Source: a plasmid. Taken from it: 64,000 nucleotides of DNA. The translations under genes and the position numbers were made by a program. The notes below the pieces were generated by a model that was not told where the DNA came from, made no database searches, and was given only the letters and a program-made list of their open reading frames with translations. Shown here piece by piece: positions 1 through 9,388 of this stretch. The DNA lies in sequence record NZ_AP019754.1. One strand, 5' to 3'. How positions within the stretch are numbered: position 1 is the first letter of the stretch; every line of letters starts with the position of its first letter.

Positions 1-1036
1 CTCTGAACTGCCCTATTGAACAGGGACTGACAGGTCCGCGTCCGGGCCAAATCTCTTCATCCACGTCGAAAGTGACGCCAATGGCGGGATGGTCGCAGAG
101 ATTACGGCCAACATTGTCACGGGCATTGCCAATCCCGTGCGGAAATTTATCGCTGGTCGACATCAGTAAAAGCTTTGGCGTTTCAATCGCATTGGCCGCC
201 AGAACAAATGTCTGTGCCGTAATGCGATGGCTGGTTTTATTCCAGTCATAATAGTGGGCGGCAACAATCCTGCCCTGCGCGTCATGCTCAAGCTTATACA
301 CGACCGCCTCGGTGATCACCTGAACGCCTGTGTCCTCAGCCTGCTGAGCGGCCAGACCGCCGTGATACTGAGCATCAATCGGACACACCGGCATACAGTT
401 GTTGTTACCGCAGCAGGCCGGGCGACCATCGTAACTGCGACTGTTGCGTCCCGTGCTGTCGTCCAGCACGCTGAAGTCGGGTGCCAGTCTGGCCGTGACG
501 CGTTGCTGAAGCCATGAAGCCGGCACGCGCGCCATCGGAAACGGTTTACTGCGTGGCGAGCCGTTATCAGGTGAACCGCCGACGCCGGCAATGACCTCAG
601 CCTCATAGTAATAGGGCTCCAAATCCTGATAGCCGATCGGCCAGTCTTTGCCCACGCCATAAAGGGTATGCTGCTGAAAATCATTTGGCACAAAGCGCCA
701 TAGCTGAGCAGCCCAGTGCCAGCTGGTGCCGCCAAAAATACGGATGTATTGCGCATTAAACGCCTGCGGACCGAGCTGTTGCAGATAATCATTAGGCTCA
801 GGCGTATAGCGTGGCTGAGGTGCCATGGGAGAAAAGGGATAAGGTGACATAAAGTCAGACTTAAAGGCGGAACTGCGAAAGCGCTCGACCAGTTCATCGC
901 GCCCAATTTTCGGCCCGGACTCAAGTAATACAACGGATTTACCCGCTTTGGCCAGTCGGGTAGCCAGCAAAGCGCCATTTACGCCCGCGCCTATCACAAC
1001 GACATCCGCCGACTCATTCTTCTTCATTGATGACAT
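1..1036 (-). CDS. GMC-family FAD flavoprotein, gluconate 2-dehydrogenase (2-ketogluconate-forming) dehydrogenase subunit; 3' part of the gene runs off the window start
   Basis: Minus-strand frame open from the ATG at 1036 to position 1, too long to be listed as a complete ORF. N-terminus MSSMKKNESADVVVIGAGVNGALLATRLAKAGKSVVLLESGP is a Rossmann FAD-binding motif; later GGTSWHW and a Cys-rich CCGNNNCMPVCPIDAQYHGG segment are typical of this family. Directly downstream of the Tat-signal small subunit. The listed ORFs 316..978(-) and 227..517(+) are in other frames. Confidence 0.7.
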   Translation of the reverse strand, partial: MSSMKKNESADVVVIGAGVNGALLATRLAKAGKSVVLLESGPKIGRDELVERFRSSAFKSDFMSPYPFSPMAPQPRYTPEPNDYLQQLGPQAFNAQYIRIFGGTSWHWAAQLWRFVPNDFQQHTLYGVGKDWPIGYQDLEPYYYEAEVIAGVGGSPDNGSPRSKPFPMARVPASWLQQRVTARLAPDFSVLDDSTGRNSRSYDGRPACCGNNNCMPVCPIDAQYHGGLAAQQAEDTGVQVITEAVVYKLEHDAQGRIVAAHYYDWNKTSHRITAQTFVLAANAIETPKLLLMSTSDKFPHGIGNARDNVGRNLCDHPAIGVTFDVDEEIWPGRGPVSPCSIGQFR

Positions 1037-1051
1037 TACTCATAAAAAGGA

Positions 1052-1558
1052 TCACGGTTGACTCGCCCAGCTGCCGCAGACGCCATAGGAAAAGCTCGGC
1101 GGTACCAGTTTGTCATTCACAATTTGATTCGCGAGCGTGTTAATGTAGGTGATGTAGCGTGCATTTTTGCCTTTGCCCACAACCCCGGTGTACCAGCCGC
1201 TCAGGATAGTGCTCGCCAGCTTCGCGCTACCTGCGTCACTCTCAGCAAACGGCAGGCGTTCCTGTTGCAACAGATCGGGCTGATGGGCCAGCAGGCTACT
1301 CAAACGCAAAAGCGCAGAGGAGAAATTCTTTTGGATCTGACTCAACGTGTCATACAGCGCAGCACCCACGGTTTCGTTAAGTTCATCCTGCTGGGTAAGC
1401 TGCTGAGAAATCTGCATAAAGATATCCAGCTCATCTGTCTGGGCATCGGGTTGGGCGGCGTTGAGGCGAGCAAGAGGGAGCAGATGTCCGGCAGCGCTGG
1501 TTACAGCAACCAGACCGACCATCTTCAGCACGCGTCGGCGTGAATAGTGATTCATCAT
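1052..1558 (-). CDS. gluconate 2-dehydrogenase small (gamma) subunit with twin-arginine signal
   Basis: 168 aa; N-terminal SRRRVLKMVGLVAVTSAAG is a Tat motif. Sits first in an operon with the GMC flavoprotein, as in Pantoea/Erwinia membrane-bound gluconate dehydrogenases. Confidence 0.7.
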   Translation of the reverse strand: MMNHYSRRRVLKMVGLVAVTSAAGHLLPLARLNAAQPDAQTDELDIFMQISQQLTQQDELNETVGAALYDTLSQIQKNFSSALLRLSSLLAHQPDLLQQERLPFAESDAGSAKLASTILSGWYTGVVGKGKNARYITYINTLANQIVNDKLVPPSFSYGVCGSWASQP

Positions 1559-2021
1559 ATCTTCCAGTAAAAGCCACCTGTCGCTGGCAGCAAATCAGCC
1601 TGCGTAATACGGATTATTATGCTGGCAGCGCGCATAATATTTGGGCCAGGATTCACAGCAATTCCCTGCCGCGTTCGCACCTTAAGCCGCTGGTTAAGCG
1701 CCAATTCAACAGCATAATGGTTGGTGAGTCTGCCATCTGCCGCTTTCAGTCTGCGGGATCATGAACGTCTCTTTCTCAATGATCCACTGGTAATTAACTA
1801 AATGTTAACAATCCGCTGAGGATAAACCAGATAGTTGCTTGGGTTATAAATATATTAAATCGATATTAAACAAATTTGATACGAAGCGGAACTGAGAGCA
1901 CGCTGGCCCATGTGGCATTTTCAGGCTATGGAGGGCGATCGTTGTCTTTGAAGCGGAGTGAAGTAAACTGCCATTCTGCTCTGCTGCAGCGGCACACGTT
2001 CTCAAGCAAACGGAGTTGATC

Positions 2022-3038
2022 ATGCCCCCATTACGTTTACTGTTATCAGAATCGAACGATCCCTGGTTTAACCTGGCGGTAGAAGAGTGTATTTTTCGCC
2101 AGATGCCGGCTAACCAGCGCGTACTGTTTTTGTGGCGTAATGCGGAAACGGTGGTCATTGGTCGGGCGCAGAACCCGTGGAAAGAGTGCAATACACGTCG
2201 TATGGCAGAGGATGGTATTAAGCTGGCGCGACGCAGCAGTGGAGGCGGCGCGGTGTTTCACGATCTGGGCAACTGCTGCTTTACCTTTATGGCGGGCAAG
2301 CCAGGTTACGATAAAAGTGTCTCAACCGCTATCATCCTGCAGGCACTGGCAACGCTGGGCGTCAATGCGCAGGCTTCAGGACGAAACGATCTGGTGATCG
2401 ACACCGGTGACGGCGTGCGCAAAATATCCGGCTCTGCTTATCGCGAAACGCCCGACCGTGGCTTTCATCACGGCACAGTTCTAATTAATGCCGATCTGTC
2501 GCGCCTGGCTGATTATCTCAATCCCGACGTGAAAAAGTTACAGGCGAAAGGCATTGCCTCCGTGCGAGCACGCGTGACAAACCTGCAAACGCTGGTGCCC
2601 AATATCAGCTACAAACGCCTTTGCCATGCCATCACGGAAGCCTGTTTTGAACACTTTGCCACTCGCTGTGAACCCGATGTTATTTCTCCTGATAACCTGC
2701 CGGATCTGCCGGGCTTTGAGCAACAGTTTGCCCGTCAAAGCAGTTGGACGTGGAATTTTGGCCAGGCGCCAGACTTTTCGCATCTTCTGGATCATCGCTT
2801 TGTATGGGGCGGCGTGGAGATACATTTTGATGTTGAACGGGGCGCCATTAGCCGCTGTCAGATATTTAGCGACAGCCTGAACCCTGCGCCACTGGAGGTG
2901 CTGGCCTCCCGCTTACAGGGTGCAGCCTATCAGCCTGACGTTATGGCTCAGCATGTAGAAACGTTGAAAACGGACTATCCGCTGCAGCAGCACGAACTGA
3001 ATGAGCTTGCACAATGGCTGGTGACAAGTCTCCGCTGA
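2022..3038 (+). CDS. lplA: lipoate-protein ligase A
   Basis: Near-colinear match to E. coli LplA ([26 protein letters not shown], [15 protein letters not shown], [17 protein letters not shown]). The ORF track starts at TTG 2016; ATG 2022 has GGAG 6 nt upstream. Confidence 0.9.
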   Translation: MPPLRLLLSESNDPWFNLAVEECIFRQMPANQRVLFLWRNAETVVIGRAQNPWKECNTRRMAEDGIKLARRSSGGGAVFHDLGNCCFTFMAGKPGYDKSVSTAIILQALATLGVNAQASGRNDLVIDTGDGVRKISGSAYRETPDRGFHHGTVLINADLSRLADYLNPDVKKLQAKGIASVRARVTNLQTLVPNISYKRLCHAITEACFEHFATRCEPDVISPDNLPDLPGFEQQFARQSSWTWNFGQAPDFSHLLDHRFVWGGVEIHFDVERGAISRCQIFSDSLNPAPLEVLASRLQGAAYQPDVMAQHVETLKTDYPLQQHELNELAQWLVTSLR

Positions 3039-3125
3039 CAGTCCGGTGAGCGAGGTAGCGTTTGCCCGGCTCAGCAGCAGAAATGGGCCGCGTCAGACGA
3101 TTGCCTGCGGCTGCCCAGGTTCAAC

Positions 3126-4016
3126 TTAGCTTCCCGTATTGACGCGTTTGCCGATATCTTTCAGTTGCGAATATTTTTCAAGCAATCGCGGTCCGTCATC
3201 CAGGCTCATGGCAAACATCCACAGATAGGTCATGACCGAATAGATGTGCCCTGCGTCACCCATCCCTTTACGGGTCATGGACAGGATGGTAAAGGCAAAC
3301 AGCAGCGCCGCTGCTGTACCTATCGTTATAAAACCTAACGCCTCGCGATCGGATAGCCCTATGCGTAATCGCGCCAGTACGCCGTAGTGTTTCGCCAGAG
3401 CGGGTGCCTGGGCAACGGTGACCAGGCTAACCTCTTTTTCAAGCCGGTTATTCAGACGGCCAAACAGCGCTTCGTTCTTGCGCGAGAAGCCCGGCAGAAA
3501 GCAGGCAAGTATCAACAAAATGATCAGACAGCCCACGCCCGTCCAGAACTCAATTACCAGAAGCATAATGGCTGCGCCGCTAATCGATGCCAGAGAGGTG
3601 ATCAGCGTTGGCAGATGCAGCTCAAAAAAATCGACAAACTCACGTGACAATGTCACGCGAGCGGCGATAGTGGAAGCATTTTGCTTCTCGTGACGTTGTG
3701 CCACGATAACCGGCACGGCCAGTTCGGCATAAATACGGGCGAAGGTGCGGGTATCAACGCTGCGTCTTGCGGCGCCTATTGCCCACATTGCAAAGACCAT
3801 GACCGCATAAAGCACAGCATGAAGCGCCTGCCCGGTGACAATGGCGTTAATGGCGAACCCGGCTAACAGCGGATAAAGCAGGTAGGTAACGTTTTCCGCC
3901 ACCACTAACAGCAGGGTAAGAAAGAGCTTTTTACTGTGACGACGTCCCAGCATCTTGAGGGTGGCAATGGCATTTTGCGGCGCCGTCTCCGGCGTTATTG
4001 TTTTGTGAGAACACAT
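3126..4016 (-). CDS. ABC exporter-type transmembrane domain protein (six-TM ABC_membrane fold), no nucleotide-binding domain
   Basis: The ORF track gives 3126..4208. The likely start is the in-frame ATG at 4016 (MCSHKTITPE...), which sits just after the divergent TetR start region. The hydrophobic profile and loop motifs match type-I ABC exporter TMDs. No Walker A/B or signature motif in or next to the ORF. Confidence 0.55.
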   Translation of the reverse strand: MCSHKTITPETAPQNAIATLKMLGRRHSKKLFLTLLLVVAENVTYLLYPLLAGFAINAIVTGQALHAVLYAVMVFAMWAIGAARRSVDTRTFARIYAELAVPVIVAQRHEKQNASTIAARVTLSREFVDFFELHLPTLITSLASISGAAIMLLVIEFWTGVGCLIILLILACFLPGFSRKNEALFGRLNNRLEKEVSLVTVAQAPALAKHYGVLARLRIGLSDREALGFITIGTAAALLFAFTILSMTRKGMGDAGHIYSVMTYLWMFAMSLDDGPRLLEKYSQLKDIGKRVNTGS

Positions 4017-4110
4017 GATTTTCTTTTGGTAAACGGTTAAAATTGAGCGGTCGCTCAATAGCCAGCGCATCGTATTTGAGCGATTGCTCAAAGTCAATCC
4101 AGGAGTCATA

Positions 4111-4695
4111 ATGAAAGCATCAACGGCAACATCTGGAGAAACACGCAAAGAGACGATTATTGCGGGCGCCATAGCGCTGTTTATCGAGAAGGGAATTGAA
4201 AAAACCACGACACGTGACTTAACGGAATCGCTGGGTATTTCACGCAGCCATATTTATCACTACTTTCCTGACTGGCACACGCTCACCCTGACTGCGCTGG
4301 AGCACTTTATGCAGCGCGAGTTGGATGATTTCACCCTTGAGCTGGCCGCCCTGGATCCTGTGCAGCAACTACACTCTATGATTGAAGGCCACATTCCTGA
4401 CACATCAGATTCAGTCTGGCGGCTTTATGCTTCCTTCTGGCAAATGGCCAGCCATAATGCCGATTACGCTGAACTGGCCGACAAGATTATCGCCGGTTGG
4501 GATGCGTTGCTCTGCAAGATTATTCGCGCGGGCGTTGAACAAGGGTGCTTGCATACGGATGATGTGGCACGCAGCGCACGCCAGCTTAACGCCTTGCTCA
4601 ACGGCTACGCCGATCTGCTGAGTATTACGTCTTCACCCGCGCGAATTGAGCAGGCGTTGGCCGACATTCACCACTTTGTGCAATTTATGCGTTAA
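4111..4695 (+). CDS. TetR/AcrR family transcriptional regulator
   Basis: N-terminal HTH TRKETIIAGAIALFIEKGIEKTTTRDLTESLGISRSHIYHYF. AGGAG before ATG 4111. Divergent from the TMD-only ABC gene. Confidence 0.8.
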   Translation: MKASTATSGETRKETIIAGAIALFIEKGIEKTTTRDLTESLGISRSHIYHYFPDWHTLTLTALEHFMQRELDDFTLELAALDPVQQLHSMIEGHIPDTSDSVWRLYASFWQMASHNADYAELADKIIAGWDALLCKIIRAGVEQGCLHTDDVARSARQLNALLNGYADLLSITSSPARIEQALADIHHFVQFMR

Positions 4696-5158
4696 CGGAG
4701 CGGGAAGTCAGTAAAGCGCCGTTTTCTTCTTTATTGCCATTAATTAAATGTTAAATAGAAGTTATACGAATGATGTGCAGTACGCTTTAAATGTGTCATT
4801 CAAATGGCGCGCGCTTTACATTTTGTGGCTTGATTAATCTCAAATTTTATCGCTTATTCGCGCAGAAATGCTTGCTAACACACTTTATTTTTCTCGCCCA
4901 AACTGATGCCGAAATGCGATAAGCAGGTGTTTTTTGGCGCTTTATTGTTTACAGGTTTTGATAAAAGTGGCTGCCCTGGCCGTTAATTTGGGTCTAAGTC
5001 GCTGGTTTATAAAGTAAATACATTAACAAATCCTCATAAAATTAATCATTGAGTCCTGTGATAAAAACCAATATATTGGCCGCGTTTTTAACACTAGCTC
5101 TAAATTTTATTCACTTATCCAACTGCAGCGTGATGCCACGCCCGGTTGTAGGAGAGAT

Positions 5159-6544
5159 ATGATGACGGATAAAGTCCGTATTGATAGTTTGAATGCGAAT
5201 ACATTAAACGGTAACAATGAGTCTTATCTGGCCCGCCAGGCCGAGTTTGAATCAAATGTTCGAAGTTATCCGCGTAAATTACCATTAGCGATTGCGAAAG
5301 CTAATGGTGTCTGGATCACAGACGTCGAGAACAAACAGTATCTTGACTGTCTTGCCGGTGCCGGAACGCTTGCGTTAGGTCATAATCACCCTGACGTACT
5401 GCAAAGCATCCAAAATGTCATTACCAGCGGCTTGCCGTTACATACTCTGGATCTGACCACGCCACTCAAAGATGCGTTTTCAGAATACCTGCTCTCCCTG
5501 TTACCGGGTCAGGGCAAAGAATACTGCCTGCAATTCACCGGTCCTTCCGGCGCGGATGCCGTTGAAGCCGCTATCAAGCTGGCGAAGAAACATACTGGCC
5601 GTTCAGGGGTGATCAGCTTCTCCGGGGGTTATCACGGCATGACGCACGGTGCGCTTTCTGTCACCGGTAACCTGTCACCGAAAGAAGCCGTTAACGGCAT
5701 GATGCCTGAAGTGCAGTTTATGCCTTATCCGCACCTGTACCGTTGCCCGCTGGGCATTGGTGGTGACGCGGGCGTAAAAGCGCTGACCTACTACTTCGAA
5801 AACCTGATCAACGACGTTGAAAGTGGTGTGCGCAAACCTGCGGCCGTGATCCTCGAAGCAGTTCAGGGTGAAGGCGGCGTGAACCCTGCCCCGGCTGAAT
5901 GGCTGCAGCGCATCCGTAAAGTTACCCAGGAACACGGTATTCTGCTGATTCTGGATGAAGTTCAGGCAGGTTTTGCCCGCACTGGTAAATTCTTTGCGTT
6001 CGAGCATGCCGGTATTGAGCCCGATATCATTGTAATGTCAAAAGCCGTCGGCGGCGGTTTGCCGCTTGCCGTGCTGGGGATCAAAAAGCAGTTTGATGCC
6101 TGGTCACCTGGCCACCACACCGGGACATTCCGTGGCAACCAACTGGCCATGGCAACCGGCCTGACCACGCTGAAGCTGCTGAAAGAAAACAACATCGCTG
6201 GCAGCGTCGCTGAAAAAGGTGAGTGGCTGAAAGGCAAACTTGCCGAACTGCAGAAACGTTATCCTGCCATCGGTAACGTTCGCGGTCTTGGCCTGATGAT
6301 CGGTATTGAAATGGTCAAGCCGAACGAAGCGCAGGATCATATGGGCTGCTACCCGGCCGATGGCGATTTATCGGCTCTGGTTCAGAAGAAATGCTTTGAA
6401 AACGGTCTGATCCTTGAGCGCGGGGGACGTCACGGTTGCGTATTGCGTCTGCTGCCTTCCCTGTTGATCAATCATGACGAAATGCAGGTTTTCCTGGATA
6501 AGTTCGAAAGCGCCCTGCTTGCCGCTGGCGTCGAAGCAGTTTGA
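5159..6544 (+). CDS. dat: diaminobutyrate--2-oxoglutarate aminotransferase (class III PLP aminotransferase)
   Basis: 461 aa; matches Dat of Acinetobacter/Enterobacter ([33 protein letters not shown]). Paired with ddc downstream. Alternative start at ATG 5162. Confidence 0.85.
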   Translation: MMTDKVRIDSLNANTLNGNNESYLARQAEFESNVRSYPRKLPLAIAKANGVWITDVENKQYLDCLAGAGTLALGHNHPDVLQSIQNVITSGLPLHTLDLTTPLKDAFSEYLLSLLPGQGKEYCLQFTGPSGADAVEAAIKLAKKHTGRSGVISFSGGYHGMTHGALSVTGNLSPKEAVNGMMPEVQFMPYPHLYRCPLGIGGDAGVKALTYYFENLINDVESGVRKPAAVILEAVQGEGGVNPAPAEWLQRIRKVTQEHGILLILDEVQAGFARTGKFFAFEHAGIEPDIIVMSKAVGGGLPLAVLGIKKQFDAWSPGHHTGTFRGNQLAMATGLTTLKLLKENNIAGSVAEKGEWLKGKLAELQKRYPAIGNVRGLGLMIGIEMVKPNEAQDHMGCYPADGDLSALVQKKCFENGLILERGGRHGCVLRLLPSLLINHDEMQVFLDKFESALLAAGVEAV

Positions 6545-6558
6545 GTGGAGTAAATTCG

Positions 6559-8025
6559 ATGTCACGGTCAAATCCGATTCTGGCGTCCTCAGTGCAAAGC
6601 ACTGAGGCTTACCAGCAGGCTATCGCACAAAGCAGTGCGGCAGTGGTTAAGTGGCTGGAACAGCCTGAAATGTATCAGGGTAAAACAGTTGCTGAACTGC
6701 GCGAACGTATCCAATTGGACTTTAATCCCGAGGGCCTGGGCAACCAGGCCGCCATTGAGCGCGCGATTGAGTATTTCCTGAAAGACAGTCTGTCGGTCCA
6801 TCACCCACAGTGTGTGGCGCATTTGCACTGCCCGAGTCTGGTCATTAGCCAGGCTGCCGAGGTGCTGATTAACGCGACGAACCAGAGTATGGATTCCTGG
6901 GATCAGGCGCCTTCTGCCACCCTGATTGAAATGAAGCTGATTGAATGGCTGCGTTCACAGGTGGGTTATCAGGCAGGCGATGCCGGTGTGTTCACCAGCG
7001 GCGGCACCCAGAGCAATCTGATGGGGCTGATGCTGGCGCGTGATGCCTTCTTTGCCCGTCAGGGCCATTCTGTTCAGCAGGACGGACTGATCGGCGATCT
7101 CAGAAAGATCAAAGTCTTTTGTTCAGAGAATGCCCACTTCTCCGTGCAGAAGAACATGGCGCTCCTCGGCCTGGGCTACCAGTCCGTGACGTTAGTGAAA
7201 TGCGATGAGTTTGCACGCATGGACATAACCGATCTGGCTGACAAACTGGCACAGTCGAAAGCCAATAATGAACAGGTGCTGGCCATTGTCGCGACAGCAG
7301 GCACCACCGACGCCGGTGCTATCGATCCGCTGCGTGATATCGTCAAACTGGCCGCAGAGCAGAAAATCTGGGTGCACGTTGACGCGGCCTGGGGCGGTGC
7401 ATTGCTGCTGTCAGAGAAGTATCGTCATTATCTGGACGGGCTGGACCTGGTGGATTCCGTTACGCTGGACTTCCACAAACAGTTTTTCCAGACCATCAGC
7501 TGCGGTGCTTTTCTGTTAAAAGAAGCCCGTCACTATGAGCTGATGCGCTATCAGGCGGCATACCTGAACTCTGAGTTTGATGAAGCACAGGGCGTGCCGA
7601 ATCTGGTTTCGAAATCGTTGCAGACCACCCGTCGTTTTGATGCGCTGAAACTGTGGATGGGACTGGAAGCCCTCGGTCAGAAGCAGTACGCCGCCATTAT
7701 CGACCATGGCGTAACGCTGGCTCAGCAGGTGGCGCAGTTTGTTGAGCAGCACGACGCGCTGGAACTGGTTATGAAACCTCAACTGGCGAGCGTCCTGTTC
7801 CGTTATCGTCCACAACAGATGGCGGAGTGGAGCGATGCCGACGTTGCGCTATTCAATCAGCGTATTGGCGATGCTCTGCTGGAATCAGGTCGCGCCAACG
7901 TTGGCGTGACCGAGCATAACGGCGTTACCTGTCTGAAAATGACGTTGTTAAATCCAACCGTGACGCTGGAAGATATTACCGTCCTGCTGGCACTGCTTGA
8001 GAAAACAGCTCAGTCATTACGCTAA
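6559..8025 (+). CDS. ddc: L-2,4-diaminobutyrate decarboxylase (group II PLP decarboxylase)
   Basis: The ORF track starts at TTG 6541; ATG 6559 (MSRSNPIL) has GGAG 10 nt upstream. Motifs SGGTQSNLMGLMLAR and DAAWGG...DFHKQF with the PLP-lysine context. Together dat-ddc is the 1,3-diaminopropane pathway. Confidence 0.85.
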   Translation: MSRSNPILASSVQSTEAYQQAIAQSSAAVVKWLEQPEMYQGKTVAELRERIQLDFNPEGLGNQAAIERAIEYFLKDSLSVHHPQCVAHLHCPSLVISQAAEVLINATNQSMDSWDQAPSATLIEMKLIEWLRSQVGYQAGDAGVFTSGGTQSNLMGLMLARDAFFARQGHSVQQDGLIGDLRKIKVFCSENAHFSVQKNMALLGLGYQSVTLVKCDEFARMDITDLADKLAQSKANNEQVLAIVATAGTTDAGAIDPLRDIVKLAAEQKIWVHVDAAWGGALLLSEKYRHYLDGLDLVDSVTLDFHKQFFQTISCGAFLLKEARHYELMRYQAAYLNSEFDEAQGVPNLVSKSLQTTRRFDALKLWMGLEALGQKQYAAIIDHGVTLAQQVAQFVEQHDALELVMKPQLASVLFRYRPQQMAEWSDADVALFNQRIGDALLESGRANVGVTEHNGVTCLKMTLLNPTVTLEDITVLLALLEKTAQSLR

Positions 8026-8330
8026 ATGCTTCATCATGCCGGTGACAGTGTCACCGGCATGGCGCTCTTATTCCCCATGCTGCTGGCGCATGAGTCCGCT
8101 GCACCTTCCCTCTGAATGCCTCCCTGCCCCTTTAATCAACAGGTTATCATCTGTTTGGACGTCACGGCGTTGCTGGACTTGCCGTTTGCAGGTCTCTTAA
8201 AGGCGAAGAAAAAGCGCAGCACCTATGGGATATCGCGCAGCACTGGCGTGATCATCTCCGTGGCCAAAAACAGCGAGAACGGCTGACGCAGAAACGTTAT
8301 CGTCCTTCTGTTGATAACCGGAGGATCACA

Positions 8331-8801
8331 ATGACCTATCAAATCTCAGGCCTGAAAGCCGATGCTTTCACTCACCTTTACGGACAGAATGAGCGCTATT
8401 TAAAACAACATGGCGTAATGAGACTGAAAGTAGAAAACGCTCCTGGCTATCCCGACAGAATTTCACTGCGTGATATCCCGGCGGGTGAAACCGCGCTGCT
8501 GATTAATCATCTCTATCAACCGGCCCGAACGCCTTATTATGGTTCTCATGCGATCTACCTCTGGGAGCACTGTACCCAACAGGGCATTTACATTAATGCA
8601 TTACCCCCGGTCATGACGCACCGGCTTCTTTCGTTACGGGGCTTTGATGCGCAAGATTTACTGATCCAGGCAGACGTCTGCGAAGGAAAAGCAGCAGACG
8701 AAATGATAACGCACTTTTTTAGCCACCCGACGGTGCGCTATATCCAGGTCCATAACGCCAGGCAGGGATGTTATTCCTGCCGGGTAGATCGTTGTGAGTA
8801 A
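8331..8801 (+). CDS. hypothetical protein (resembles DUF1203-type proteins)
   Basis: 156-aa ORF with AGGA before the ATG. No catalytic motifs recognised. The family assignment is from memory only. Confidence 0.45.
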   Translation: MTYQISGLKADAFTHLYGQNERYLKQHGVMRLKVENAPGYPDRISLRDIPAGETALLINHLYQPARTPYYGSHAIYLWEHCTQQGIYINALPPVMTHRLLSLRGFDAQDLLIQADVCEGKAADEMITHFFSHPTVRYIQVHNARQGCYSCRVDRCE

Positions 8802-9021
8802 CGGGCCCGGCAGTGACCGGGGGAAGGCGAAAGGTGCGCTTCGTCTGTTTTGTTCCCGAAGTCGGTGAGGCGCAGAGAGTGAAATGATACAGCGCGCTCA
8901 GATAGCCCAGGAATGCGTGCAGCAGATTTTCAGAACAGACAGCGAATATGTTCAGTCAGCGCTTGCACCCTGAGGCACCATACTGCAGGATCGGTTTTTT
9001 ACCGCATTTATCGGAAAGACT

Positions 9022-9309
9022 ATGACCGTTCACGCCTCTAAAGATCCCCTGCATGGCGTTACGCTTGAAATGCAGGTCAACAGCCTTGTCGCACAGTATG
9101 GCTGGCCTGAACTGAGTAAGCGCATCAATATTAACTGTTTTAAAAACGACCCCAGCGTGAAGTCCAGCCTGAAGTTTTTACGCCGTACGCCGTGGGCGCG
9201 GGCAGAAGTGGAAGCGCTCTATCTGGCTTCGCTGAGTGAATCTCAGCCGGATTCTGCGCCCCCAGCCAGTGGTGATCCCTGGGCTAACTGGCGCGAAGAT
9301 AAAACCTGA
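9022..9309 (+). CDS. DUF2132 (VF530-like) small DNA-binding-type protein
   Basis: 95 aa; conserved GVTLE...LV..YGW.EL......CF..DPS..SSLKFLR.TPWAR..VE.LY pattern of the VF530/DUF2132 family. Confidence 0.6.
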   Translation: MTVHASKDPLHGVTLEMQVNSLVAQYGWPELSKRININCFKNDPSVKSSLKFLRRTPWARAEVEALYLASLSESQPDSAPPASGDPWANWREDKT

Positions 9310-9332
9310 AAACGTGTTAACGCCCTTCTAAA

Positions 9333-9374
9333 CAAAAAAAAGCCCGCGTCACGGATGGCGCGGGCTTAGTTTCG
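9333..9374. terminator. bidirectional rho-independent terminator between DUF2132 gene and mqo
   Basis: aaaaaaaa-GCCCGCG-tcacggatgg-CGCGGGC-ttagtttcg: GC stem flanked by an A-run on one side and a T-rich tract on the other, between convergent genes. Confidence 0.6.
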
Positions 9375-9388
9375 TTCAGATGACCGTA

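Noticed and set aside
316-978. 220-aa minus-strand ORF from the ORF track (and 227..517 on +)
   Set aside because: Different reading frame from the continuous, motif-rich GMC flavoprotein frame that is open from 1036 to the window edge. No recognisable motifs. Overlap artefact.
6541-6558. TTG start for ddc as given in the ORF track (and the similar TTG/GTG starts at 2016, 18800, 33902, 47614, 60577)
   Set aside because: In each case an in-frame ATG a few codons downstream has a properly spaced Shine-Dalgarno sequence and matches homologue N-termini. The upstream non-ATG extensions are probably ORF-caller artefacts.
8037-8060. Hairpin gccggtgacagtgtcaccggc after ddc as an intrinsic terminator
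   Set aside because: Perfect 9-bp stem but no downstream U-tract. Could be a Rho-dependent site or a protein-binding palindrome. Not confident enough to list as a terminator.
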